Shown here one piece after another: positions 32,006 through 49,277 of a stretch of DNA of 64,000 nt. This DNA comes from the human T2T-CHM13v2.0 reference genome, Homo sapiens. The stretch's first letter is position 1. The number at the start of each line of letters is the position of its first letter. Below the pieces are notes generated by a model. The model did not search any database. It saw only the letters and a list, made by a program, of their open reading frames with translations, and had not been told where the DNA came from. The position numbers and the translations under genes were made by a program. The stretch lies in assembly GCF_009914755.1 (NCBI RefSeq), contig NC_060928.1; one strand, 5' to 3'.

Positions 32006-33133
32006 CATACATGGAGGCCTATGGTGACATTATTGTCATCATTACTGATTTAGAGTACAAATTTTAGATTCTATGTTTACATGCACCTATGAAAGACAAC
32101 TGTCATCACAGAATGAAATAAATTGCATGCATAACTAAATGATAATCACTCTCAATACAAAAGAAATGATTGGAGTTCACAAGCTAATATCCTATTTGGA
32201 AACTTTCACGGTAAAAGAAAGTTAAATATCATGATGAGTAGAAAAGTCTACTATATAAAGTATGACCCCCTTATTAGACACACACAGTTTCCACACTGAT
32301 CAGCAAAGTGACAATATGCATCTTTGCAGTAGAAAAATTAATAAACTAAGATGTGACGCACTAGTGTTTAATCATGTATAATTTTAATATTTAAGGTCTT
32401 AATAGACTTTGCTAAATATTTTCATTCATTCTCTCAACAAATATAAATGCCGTATTTATAATGTGTCAGATGCCATTCTAAGCACCAAAGTTATGATGAT
32501 AAAGCACACAAAGTTTTTCCTCTAATAATGGTTACATTATTTTGATGGGTGCAGAATAAACAAGTTAACATATAATCACAACATGGACTATGTGATTAAA
32601 TAGTGTTAAATCTTTTAAATAAAATGAAACAAGATGACTGGAGAGAACAAGTTTAACTTTGGTTGGGTGGCTAGAGGTTTTACTGAGAAGCTGATGTTTG
32701 ATCAGATAAAGGAATTTTAAGAGGGATCCTGCCATGTTGAGTTTTAGGGCCGAGTGTTCCAGATAGAGATTCACAAAAGCAAAGACTGTGAGTCAGAAAT
32801 AAGTGTGGAGTGTTTTACATTCTGACAGAATACCACAATAGATGGAACAAAGTGAGAACGGCATAGAGAGACAGGTAATGAGGTCAGAGTGGGTGACAGG
32901 CCCCAGATAATGAATGGGCTTGTAGGTCTAGATGAGATCATTGAATTTATTTATTTTCTAATTGTGATGTGAGGTTATCGGATAGTTTGAGTAAAGAAGT
33001 AAATAATCTACATTTTAAAATAATCACCTTTTTTTCTTTGTAGAAAACAGACTCTTAGGGAAATAGGAATAGAATTAAGAAAAATAGTTAGTAGGCTATC
33101 TCAGTAGTAGAGACAATGGTTTAAATAAGATGA

Positions 33134-34099
33134 TGTATTCATGTCCCATGGCTGCCCCAGGAAATTACACAAACTTAGTGGCATAAAGAGTGGAAGTTTA
33201 TTTTCACATAGTTCTTCTTTATTTTTCACATAGTTCTTGAGGTCAGAATTCTGAAATAAGCATCACTGAGCTAAAAATCAAGGTGTCAGCAGAACCATAT
33301 TTCTTCTGAAGGCCCTGGGGAAGAATCTGTCACCAAGCCTTTCCAGCTTCTAGAGACCACCCTACATTTCTTGGTTCATTGTTCTTTTACTTCATCTTCA
33401 AAGCTCACAATGTCAGGTGGAGTGTTTCTCACATTGCCATGTTTCTGGTTCTTCCTCTCCTACCTCCCTCTTTCACTTATAAGAAGCTTTGTGATTATAC
33501 TAGATAATAACCCAGGATAATCTTTTCCTCTCAATGTCTCCTCACTAGCAATCTTAATTCTGTCCACAACCTTAACTCCTCTTTGCCATTTTTAAACCAA
33601 GTGTGGGAGGCCATTGTTGACAACTGAGCTCCTGCACTGTGCCTTAGCAGACCAGACCAAACCAAAATGGAGCCCCTCATACTAAATACAACATAATCAA
33701 AATAAAACTAGGAAAGTAGGTTCATCCAGAAACATAAGTCTTTCCTGAAAACTGGAGATTCCAGTCTACATAAGTCAGTATAGAAAGAAAGTTCCCTCTG
33801 CTTAACCCCTATAAAAAAGTAACCCAAAACAACCTGATGTAAACCAGTTATTTCTATATTGTTTTGTTTCTTTGTTCCTATCTTATAACATCCATCACTG
33901 TGCTATTTCTCAGTGGGAACTTTCATACTACTTTGTAGAATGGAAGCTGCCTCAATTATAAATCCAAATAAAAGCCAGACAGATGTATCACTAAATTTGC
34001 ATTAATTTTGTCTTTTGACATCATATAACCTAATACATTTATAGGTTACAGGAATTAGGATATGAACATTTTGGGTGGTCCCTTGTTATGCCTACCACA
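33134..34099 (-). mobile_element. MLT1 (D/E-like) solo LTR, interrupted at ~33590-34020
   Basis: tgtatt...ggctgcc...aaattacacaaacttagtgg start and gcctaccaca end; aaaatcaaggtgtcagcag and tttccagcttctagag motifs. Confidence 0.82.
33590..34020 (+). mobile_element. LTR37-like solo LTR
   Basis: gggaggccattgtt..actgagctcctgcact...cagaccagaccaaaccaaaatggag; aataaa at ~33967; ends ttttgaca. Confidence 0.75.
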
Positions 34100-35894
34100 G
34101 GTGGTAAAAAAAAAAAAAATCAAGTAAAAGGTGAGAGGTCATCAGATTTGGAAAATAATTTGACAGTAGAATGAACAAGATTTATAGATTTATTAGCTAT
34201 AGACCAGCAAGCAAAAAACAAGAGGATTACCAAGTTTGTTGTGAATGGTTGAACTATTTACTGAGAATAGCCAGTTTAATATAAAAGACTATTTCAGTGG
34301 ACTGGGCAAAGCTAGAGATACAAATTTTGGATAATTCTGGCTTAAATTTTTATTTTTTCTTAAGTACGTTCCCTTTAGCCTTCTATTTTGCATTCCATAA
34401 CACTAGTAAATAAATTCTCCTTTACTCTTTCTCATTTACTTGAATTTCTAAGTTGTTTTCTTATGTGTTCTTATGTAAATTTTAATTATTTTGTACTAAA
34501 CAAAAGAGTAATTTCATTTGGAAGAGATAATGTCACCCATCACTCATGTTTTGACAACGTAATGAGAAATCTTTTACTTGGTTTGCTGTCTCAGTCTTAT
34601 AAGACAGAGCACTCAGCACAATCCTGCCAGAAGGGCTGCAGTTAAACCAAAGAACAGATAATTACTCCTTATACTTTTAAAGAAAAAAATTAATTCACTC
34701 CATAATAAATAAGTTTAATCCTAGTCTAAGAAATCTGTAAATCTTCTAGAACTAAAAGCATCTGTAGAAAGAAGTCACTGCTCTGAGATTTTTTTTCAAA
34801 TAATTCACCCAGTGTGTTAAAGCCTAATATTATTATCATTAACTGTAGGTAAGAATGTACGTGTGTTTAAATTCTATTTTTAACTTTTTTGCTGAAGTAC
34901 ATGTGATGCATTGGAAGGACTCTCCAAAATATAGAAGGAGATAAAAAGTTAAATATGGGTATAAATAATTAGTTTTAGTTGTCTAGCATTGCATTCACCA
35001 ACAAACTTGACATAATGCATCAAATAGCAATAGGAATAGATGTTATAGTTTCCATAAAGGATACTGCCACCAATCATGGAAGCTTACAAGGATTGAAAGA
35101 CCATGAATATGGGTCTCTCAAAGATGGTGGTCAATAGTAACAGTAGGTTCAGGGAGGGGTACAAGCAGTAACTATCTTTGTACATTTGTCTTTGTTACGA
35201 ATGTCTTTGTAGCTTAAGAAAATACTCTTAAAACTGACTCGTAAGTTAACCAAAGCCATCAATATGGAGGATTGTTATGCTTATCAGTATGAAAATTTAA
35301 CCACCAACATTACCATAGATGTTGACTATGTCTATACATCTAAAATCATTTGATGACTTTTATTAATCAAAGGCAGTTTTGTGCACATGCACGCGCTTTC
35401 CTGAAGGCCATAACATTTTGTTTACATAGGCTTAGCCATAAATTATTTATTCTTATAAGTTCAACTGTTTTCAAAGTGGGTACTATCAATTTTTTTTTCT
35501 CATTGTATGCTTTCATTTTATAAGTAAATTCAATTTGCAAAAAATTAATAGTAACTCCATTTTGGACAGTTTTTGTCAGGAAATTAAACTTTAAATACAT
35601 GATCTCAGTAATGGAATCTATTTACTTGATTTACTTAGATAAAGGGAAGTATGAAAATTTTTAACAGATGTTGCACTTATTATTTAACATATGAACAAAT
35701 AACAGAAATTTTGTATGTATTATTGACATACTTTAATCACATATATACACAGAAGTAGTTTTACTAACATTGCCATTGCTTACTACTCTGCTATAATTTA
35801 TCCAGTACTCAGATTCTCAGTGACTTAACTGATAATCATTTCTTTGACTCCTACACAGAGTTGCACTGGTCTGGTGCCTCTTCAGGGCAGCTAA

Positions 35895-36270
<376 letters not shown>

Positions 36271-37051
36271 TCACCACAAAGCTTTTATGGTTTTGACAGC
36301 AGAGAAAGTGAGGCAGACAATAAAGCAGGAGCACTGGTTCTTCACTTCTTCAGCCCAGAAGTAACACTCCTTTTCCTCTGGTAGAACTGGTTAGTGTTAT
36401 GTAAGTGCAATATCCTTTTCCTTCATGCACAGGAATTAAAAAAAAAAATACGAGATTTGGTGATTACATGACTTTTTCCCTGACATGGTGATTGCTATGG
36501 GCCAGAAAATGTGCAAATTATTTTTATACATGATTTCATTTAATTAGCTCCCAAATATGATAAAGTAGGCACATTTAACACTTTTCATGTAAAGGCAACA
36601 AAGTAAAACATATTGAGAAATTAAGAGCTCCTCTATTAGGTGGAAGAGCTGTAATCTAAATCTAAAGCTATCTGATTTTAATACTAAATTTTAATGTAAA
36701 AAGTACTATTTTGGAATATAAACGTCATTGTTTAGGATATAAATCTTAATCAACAGGTGATATGACTGATGTAAATAGGCAACTATATCATGTAAACACT
36801 GGGTTTTGAAAACATATTCATTATTGAGAACTTTTTTTAAAATTTTAATCTCACTAAAAATTATACGAAAATTGATTTCTCAACAGTTATTTTATAAATT
36901 TAAGCAACATTTGTATAGCTGCCTGGTTATCTGGTTATTTATGTTGCACAGATGAGCAATTGTAAATTATATAAAATCTTGATTTTAATTAAAGTTGATG
37001 TAATAGAAATATTTCAGTGTAGTTAAAGAAAAAAAAAAAAACAAAAAAAAA

Positions 37052-37344
<293 letters not shown>

Positions 37345-38827
37345 TTAATTTAAAAAGAATCTTGATAAAGAAAAACTGTTTCTAAAGGTTTTTATATGGA
37401 TAAGAATGAAGAAACAAAATAACCTTGCAAGAGACCATGGAAATATAAAATTTTCATCTTGTACCAGAAAGACCAGATAACAATAACAACAACAATATAC
37501 TATAAGTTGTCCCAGTAATACAGAATATAATACAGAGATCCAGTTTCTAGTGTTTTTAATAGGCCTATTGAGATCCTAAACACTAGATGTATCAACTAAA
37601 TACTGTATAAAGAAAGGTGATAAACTATAAAATGTTTATTAAAAATGCATTGTTGAGTCAATGAGTGATAATTCCACAAATGTCAAATCTAGTAGTTGAA
37701 CCATGAGTACGGATTTTCACATGGAATTAAAAATTTAATATTATTACTAAAAGTAATTTTAATACCTAACTTATGTTAAGCACATTTCCAAAACAATTAA
37801 TTTTAATTACATAATTTAAGAATGCCAGACAAGTTGGAAAAATAAAAATATCAATGTCTTCTATTTTTAATTCTGTTGGTTGATTAATGAAGAATGCCTG
37901 TTTGTAAATTTGTTATTTTGAATTTGAGCTAAAGTCAATCCCTTATATACTACATGTAATCATATTTGTTTGTAGTAAATACTTTTACTGAAATTCCTCA
38001 AATAATGTTATATACAACATAGTAAAGGTTGAAATTAGTATTTTATCTATAAAACATTTAATAATTTATATTTTAGTGTTGTTTTAATAAAATTCAGACT
38101 TAATAATAATGGAATAGCGCAATACATTTCACTACATGAAAATAAAGAATGTAGACTTGCTTAAATTAGTGATGAAGATGATGGTGACGTTTCAAGTGAA
38201 TTAAGGAGTTAGTTATATAATTCATGAGTTTGAGATGGAAGAAGAGAAGAACCAGCAACTACCTAGATAATGTAGAAAAAGCTGTTGGTAAAACTTTTAT
38301 GTATTCATAGGTCAGGTTTCATTTTCATTATGATATCCAGGTTGCAGTGTCTAATATAATACTTTGGGGTCTCAAAGGTTTTTTTTTTTTCAAAGAAACA
38401 TTCAGTAACTCTAGCTTTCATTTTATATAAAGTTGGCTTTTTAGGAACTTAGGAGAAACCAAGCAAACCTCAAAAGCATCTCTAAACCTTCTTTGCCTCC
38501 GGATAGTGTCCTGCCTCTGTGATACAAGGACACTGGAATACAGCACTTTCTCTAATCTATTTTAATACAATACAAATTTCCAACTCTCAGGCACAGCACC
38601 TCTTAGAGATTTCTCATATAAAAATATACTTTGTATGAATTCAAGACATAGGGCTGGATTCCCATCCTTTGTATCTCCAGGGGAAAACTTACTCATCAAA
38701 TTTACTTAAACTGAATTTCCCTAGAGTTAGGAGAATGTGAATATGGCAAGTAGTAGTTTGTTCTCTTGCCTAAGAGTGTTCTAAATTTTTTTGGGACTTC
38801 ATAATTTAAAACTCTTATTTAATCAAT

Positions 38828-39187
38828 CTTCCTTTCTTTCTTCTTTTTTTTTCGCCGAGTCTCTCTCTGTCGCCCAGGCTGGAGTGCAGGGGTGGGATCT
38901 CCACTCACTGCAACTCCGCCTCCTGGGATCAAGCGATTCTCCTGCCTCAGCCTCCCGAGTAGCTGGGATTACAGGCATGCAACACCAGGCCCAGCTAATT
39001 TTAGTTTAGTTTAGTTTACTTTAGTTTAGGTTTTTTTTTTTTTTTTTTTTTTTTTTTGGTATCTTTTAGTAGAGACAGTGTTTCACAATGTTGGCTAGAC
39101 TGGTCTCCAATCCCTGACCTCGTGATCCGCACGCCTCGGCTTCCCAAAGTGCTGGGATTACAGGCGTGAGCCATTGCACCTGGGCCC
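38828..39187 (-). mobile_element. AluS-like SINE with an expanded middle linker
   Basis: Reverse-complement Alu; linker at 39000-39060 expanded to (TTTAG)n plus a long T run. Confidence 0.93.
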
Positions 39188-40256
39188 AGTTTTCTCTTCT
39201 AACATATTTCAGCTAAAGTCTGAGTCTTATGATTTTGTTTGCTTTAACTTTTATCAGTGGCTTTTTGGCATGCAGTCCTCTCTGCGGTATGACTGATGCT
39301 CTGAGCTGCAGGGTTATTTTTTTCTTTCTTTCCTAGTTAGTCCATATGTTGAGACAAATACTAGTAACAAGTAAAAGGAAATGATTGATTGATTTCTTTT
39401 TTCAGTAAACATAGAATTTTGATGTAATTTCTTATGAGAGAAAGAAAGGTAAGATCAGATTTTTTTTCTAAAAACTTATACTTAAAACAAAAAATTATAT
39501 TTTACTTAAAATAAATTTCTGTTTATGTGGGAAGAACATAGCAGCAATTCAACTGTTCTTTGGTAAATAATTAAACTGATAAGAACAAAAAAAATGGCAA
39601 CTCATTGAAAAAGACTAACCTCCCACTGCAATATTTTTAACTATATTGGCAGCTGCTATACATTATTCTCTAACTGAAACAATATTGCATGAAAAAATGT
39701 AGATTTTTAAAAGTAACAAATAGATAACTTTTCTGGGTGTGAAAAATGCTGTCATGGCATATAAACATATTTTAAGTTTTATCTTTTTTTTAGTTTGAGT
39801 TGTCTTTATCTCTGAATGTGTCATTATGTTTGTGTCTTACAAAGTAATGCACCCATCTCTTTCTGTAGACCAATTAACAGGTGATTAATTCAATCTATTA
39901 AGTGCTACTCTGTGACTAGTGCTGGTGCTGCTCTAATCAATTGGGATATATGAGTAGAACTATCAGTAAAATTAAAAAGATAGTCTCCTTTATGGAGCTT
40001 ACAAGAGAGGATAGATAAGAGTTTTTTAGAAAACATGTAAGTTAAAAATAAGATATGACACTACTTAATAAGTACAATGGAAAACGATAAGGCAAGGAAG
40101 AGAAAATACGCAATTTTAAATAGGAAGATCAGAATTCATTTTATTGGAAAATTGATATTTGAGTCAGGACAAAGTAGATGAAGTAGATGCAGGTATGTGC
40201 AAGAAAAGCACTACAGGCAGAGTGAAAATCCGGTGTTAGCATTCCAAAGGACTTCC

Positions 40257-40434
40257 TGCTAAGTCCTTACTTAACACTGTCCATAGTTTCTTGGAAACTG
40301 TGACTTTAAGTGAAAAGATGTACAGCAGAGCATTAAAAAATTGATGAAAAAGTATATTGTCTTTGTTATATGTCATTTTGCTTAAAGTTGTAGTTTCCAA
40401 TAACATATTAATGGCACTGAGGGAGGACTTACTC
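40257..40434. mobile_element. Short Tigger-type MITE (MER82-like, internally deleted)
   Basis: ~65-bp imperfect terminal inverted repeats (taagtccttactt...ggaaactgtgactttaagtgaaa / ttttgcttaaagttgtagtttcc...gaggacttact) with TA on the right. Confidence 0.7.
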
Positions 40435-41190
40435 TATTGAAAACATTGAGAAGAGCAGTGTGGTTACAAAAATGACCAAGGAGAGAGAATTATGAAATAA
40501 AGTTGTCAAGATAGAAAGGTGAGGATCACATTGGGCTTTAGAGGCACTTTACGTATTTTGGCATTTTTATTGAGTGAAATGAGCTATTGTAGGATTTTGA
40601 ACATTGGAGTGACACGATCTGACTTATATTTTCAATTTCACTGTGGCTGTGGTATTGAGAATAGACTATAGGTACAAGAATAGTATCCTTGTGGCCACTT
40701 AGAGGATGATTAATAATCCCTACGAGAAATGATGGTGACTTGTACACAGCTCTAGAAGTGGTGATGGAGAGAGTGGTCAGATTCTGTCAGTATTTTGAAA
40801 CTGAGTCAAACATAGTAAGAAACGGTTTTTGGAGAATGGTGTAATAAACGTGTCAAGGAAAGCTCCACATTTTTTAAATTAAAAAGTGAAAAGTTGTGGT
40901 TGTCAAAAACTGAGATAAGAAAGGCAATGAAATGAGCAAATATTCAGGAGATGTCCAGAAATTAAATTATTTATGTGTTTAGTTTAAAACTTTTATCAGA
41001 CATCATAGCAAACATGGAAAGTAGGTTCTTGCATATACAAGTGGGTGTATGGGAGAAAAGGCTGAGTTGGAAATAGAGTTGTGGATATCATTTGCATAGT
41101 GATTATATTTAAGGCCAGGGATTTAAATTATTTTACTAAGCCAGTGAGTACAGATAGAGAATAGGACCAAGGTTGAGCATTAGGTTCTTT

Positions 41191-41508
<318 letters not shown>

Positions 41509-41542
41509 AGGTTCTTTCCTCATTAAGATAAGAAACAAACAT

Positions 41543-42423
41543 TAGGAACAGCTCCGGTCTACAGCTCCCAGCTTGAGCAATGCAGAAGACAGGTGATTTC
41601 TGCATTTCCATCTGAGGTACCCGGTTCATCTCACTAGGGAGTGCCAGACAATGGGCGCAGGTCAGTGGGTGCACGCACGGTGCGCCAGCCGAAGCAGGGC
41701 GAGGCATTGCCTCACTTGGGAAGGGCAACAGGTCAGGGAGTTCCCTTTCTGAGTCAAAGAAAGGGGTGACAGATGGCACCTGGAAAATCGGGTCACTCCC
41801 ACCCGAATACTGCGCTTTTCCGACGGGCTTAAAAAACGGCGCACCACGAGATTATATCCCGCACCTGGCTCAGAGGGTCCTACGCCCACGGAGTCTCGCT
41901 GATTGCTAGCACAGCAGTCTGAGATCAAACTGCAAGGCGGCAGTGAGGCTGGGGGAGGGGCACCCGCCATTGCCCAGGCTTGCTGGTAAACAGAGCAGCC
42001 AGGAAGCTCGAACTGGGTGGAGCCCACCACAGCTCAAGGAGGCCTGCCTGCCTCTGTAGGCTCCACCTCTGGGGGCAGGGCACAGACAAACAAAAAGACA
42101 GCAGTAACCTCTGCAGACTTAAATGTCCCTGTCTGACAGCTTTGAAGAGAGCAGTGGTTCTCCCAGCACGCAGCTGGAGATCTGAGAACAGGCAGACTGC
42201 CTCCTCAAGTGGGTCCCTGACCCCTGACCCCCGAGCAGCCTAACTGGGAGGCACCCCCCAGCAGGGGAACACTGACACCTCACACGTCAGGGTACTCCAA
42301 CACACCTGCAGCTGAGGGTCCTCTCTGTTAGAAGGAAAACTAACAAACAGAAAGGACATCAACACCAAAAACCCATCTGTACATCACCATCATCAAAGAC
42401 CAAAAGTAGATAAAACCACAAAG
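41543..42423 (+). promoter_or_regulatory. L1 5' UTR with sense and antisense promoters, CpG-rich
   Basis: 881 bp upstream of the ORF1 ATG; its length fits the short post-L1PA3 UTR. Promoter function is established knowledge for L1; activity of this copy is untested. Confidence 0.75.
41662..41970 (-). CDS. L1 antisense ORF0, open, 102 aa
   Basis: MAGAPPPASLPPCSLISDCCASNQRDSVGVGPSEPG... within ORF 41662-42030, ATG at 41970; matches primate ORF0. Expression unknown. Confidence 0.7.
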   Translation of the reverse strand: MAGAPPPASLPPCSLISDCCASNQRDSVGVGPSEPGAGYNLVVRRFLSPSEKRSIRVGVTRFSRCHLSPLSLTQKGNSLTCCPSQVRQCLALLRLAHRACTH

Positions 42424-43440
42424 ATGGGGAAAAAACAGAACAGAAAAACTGGAAACTCTAAAAATCAGAGCGCCTCTCCTCCTCCAAAGGAATACAGTTC
42501 CTCACCAGCAACGGAACAAAGCTGGATGGAGAATGACTTTGACGAGCTGAGAGAAGAAGTCTTCAGACGATCAAATTACTCTGAGCTACGGGAGGACATT
42601 CAAACCAAAGGCAAAGAAGTTGAAAACTTTGAAAAAAATTTAGAAGAATGTATAACTAGAATAACCAATAGAGAGAAGTGCTTAAAGGAGCTGATGGAGC
42701 TGAAAACCAAGGCTCGAGAACTACGTGAAGAATGCAGAAGCCTCAGGAGCCGATGTGATCAACTGGAAGGAAGGATATCAGCGATGGAAGATGAAATGAA
42801 TGAAATGAAGCGAGAAGGGAAGTTTAGAGAAAAAAGAATAAAAAGAAATGAGCAAAACCTCCAAGAAATATGGGACTATGTGAAAAGACCAAATCTACGT
42901 CTGACTGGTGTACCTGAAAGTGATGGGGAGAATGGAACCAAGTTGGAAAACACTCTGCAGGATATTATCCAGGAGAACTTCCCCAATCTAGCAAGGCAGG
43001 CCAACGTTCAGATTCAGGAAATACAGAGAACGCCACAAAGATACTCCTTGAGAAGAGCAACTCCAAGACACATAATTGTCAGATTCACCAAAGTTGAAAT
43101 GAAGTAAAAAATGTTAAGGGCAGCCAGAGAGAAAGGTCGGGTTACCCTCAAAGGGAAGCCCGTCAGACTAACAGTGGATCTCTCGGCAGAAACCCTACAA
43201 GCCAGAAGAGAGTGGGGGCCAATATTCAATATTCTTAAAGAAAAGAATTTTCAACCCAGAATTTCATATCCAGCCAAACTAAGCTTCATAAGTGAAGGAG
43301 AAATAAAATACTTTACAGACAAGCAAATGCTGAGAGATTTTGTCACTACCAGGCCTGCCTTACAAGAGCTCCTGAAGGAAGCACTAAACATGGAAAGGAA
43401 CAACTGGTACCAGGCGCTGCAAAATCATGCAAAAATGTAC
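42424..43440 (+). pseudogene. L1 ORF1p, disrupted
   Basis: MGKKQNRKTGNSK... with premature TAA at 43105-43107; the normal stop is mutated to TAC at 43438-43440. Confidence 0.95.
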
Positions 43441-43476
43441 AGACCATCGAGACTAGGAAGAAACTGCATCAACTAA

Positions 43477-47326
<3,850 letters not shown>

Positions 47327-47808
47327 ACAATGAGATCACATGGACACAGGAAGGGGAATATCACACTCTGGGGACTGTTATGGGGTGGCGGGAGGGGGGA
47401 GGGATAGCATCGGGAGATATACCTAATGCTAGATGACGAGTTAGTGGGTGCAGCGCACCAGCATGGCACATGTATACATATGTAACTAACCTGTACAATG
47501 TGCACATGTACCCTAAAACTTAAAGTATAATAAAAAAACAAAACAAAACAAAAAAAAAAAAAAGAAGAGAAAAAAACAGTCTTGCAGCGTGAGCAACAAT
47601 GTACTAGAAAAACCAGGAGCCTGTGTTAACATGAAAACCAAGTGAGGAACGCTTTTCAGGAAGTAAGGTAGGGTCAACTTCATCAAATGCTACTTAATAA
47701 AAAAAAACAGAACTGATCATTGGCATTAGCAATGTAGGGCCAACAGTGACCCCGGCCAGAGCAGTTTCAATGTGAAGACGATATGGAGGCAATATATTGA
47801 TTGGAGTG

Positions 47809-48245
47809 TGTTCTGGGTTGAATTGTGTCCCTCAAAAAGATGTTAAAATGCTAACATCCATTGTCTGTGAATGCGGCTTTATTTGGAAATTTTGTCTTTG
47901 CAGATGATCAAGTTAAGACGAGGGCATTAGAATAGGCCGTAATACAAAAGGACTATGTTCTTATTGAACAGAGAGACAGACACACATATAGGGAAGAAAT
48001 GTGAAGACATAGATAGGGAGAATGCCATCTTTATAAGCCAAGGAACACCTGAGGCTACCAGAAGCTAGGAGAGAAGCATGGAACAGATTCCCCCTAATAG
48101 CCTTCTAGAGAAGCCAATGCTGCCATTACATCGGTCTCTGACTTCCAGCTACCGAACTGTGAGACAATAAACTTCTGTTTTTTAAGCCATCCAGTTGGAG
48201 GCACTTTGTTACCACCCCCAAGAAACATCCCAAGAAGCTAAAACA
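47809..48245 (+). mobile_element. MLT1B-like solo LTR
   Basis: tgttctgggttgaattgtgtccc...aataaacttctg...ctaaaaca; TSD gagtg/gagca, consistent with CpG decay of gagcg. Confidence 0.88.
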
Positions 48246-48589
48246 GAGCACATGTAAGAAAGTTTGAAAGAGGAATTGGTAACAGATTACAGTCCACACG
48301 TGGCAAATTTACAGGTATGGTTACAGAAGAAATTATTCACATGGTCTCTAGGCCCTTCACTGCAAGCATTTTCAATCCATTCATTTTCCAATAATTGTTT
48401 ATTGATTGACAGTTATATACATTCAGCTTTGATAAATGCTGCAGTAGAGAGCTGAATTGCATGACCATGTTATGAGGCCCTCAGGGACTTAGAAACTTTT
48501 CTGTATTTTTCTATTTACGATCCGTTAAAAAAGTAACATCCTGCTTTCTGTGTATCCCCCGACCCCGACCCTACCAAGTCCCCTACTCT

Positions 48590-48790
48590 CTGACTCTGTC
48601 TCTTGCCTCTCTTTCCTTCACTCTGTTCTTAAATTACATCAGGTTTCATGCACGTGATGCTTTCTCTGACTAAAATGTTCTTATGCCAGGTACTACGTGG
48701 CTTCCTCTCTCCCTCCCTTCCTTTAGGCCTTAATTCAAATGGCATATTCATGGTGAGGTCTGCCCCTACCAGGGCCTACCAAAAATAATA
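48590..48790 (+). mobile_element. L2 fragment
   Basis: tgctttctctgactaaaatgttctt...ccttcctttaggccttaattcaaatggca resembles the L2 3' region. Confidence 0.5.
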
Positions 48791-48950
48791 ACTTCCCTTC
48801 CCCTTCCAACCATGGGAATATAAGCAGGTAGAAATAGAAACAAATCAGTAGTAGAAGACTACAGGCAAGACAGAACAAATATACAGAGAGAAGTAATTAT
48901 ATGATATACATAGCAGCTAGATAGAATAAATGAGTAAATGTAATACATAT

Positions 48951-49202
48951 ATTTCAGTACATACATACATATATGTGAATGTATATACACATATAAATAT
49001 ATATTATAATTATATAATTATATATTTACTAGTATTAATATAAATTATATATTATACTTATTAAAATATAAGATAAATACTATTATATAATGTATTTTAT
49101 ATAAATAATTATATTATATTATTATAATATAATTATATATGTATTAATATATGTATGCGTATATACATTCATATATATTACATGTAATGTATGTACTGAA
49201 AT
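48951..49202. repeat. Imperfect AT-rich palindrome
   Basis: Outer arms atttcagtacatacat...tgaatgtatatac / gtatatacattca...atgtatgtactgaaat around an almost pure A/T core. Confidence 0.85.
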
Positions 49203-49239
49203 CTAAAGCTATTTTCTTTTCAAGTCCTCAGAATGCGTT

Positions 49240-49277
<38 letters not shown>
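49240..49277. repeat. (CA)n microsatellite
   Basis: Direct observation. Confidence 0.95.

Larger units (their letters stand above)
32421..34340 (-). mobile_element. L2 LINE fragment interrupted by MLT1 and LTR37
   Basis: L2 3' end ttcattcatt..caacaaata...atgtgtcagatgccattctaagcac; L2-like purine-rich sequence resumes after 34100. Confidence 0.75.
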
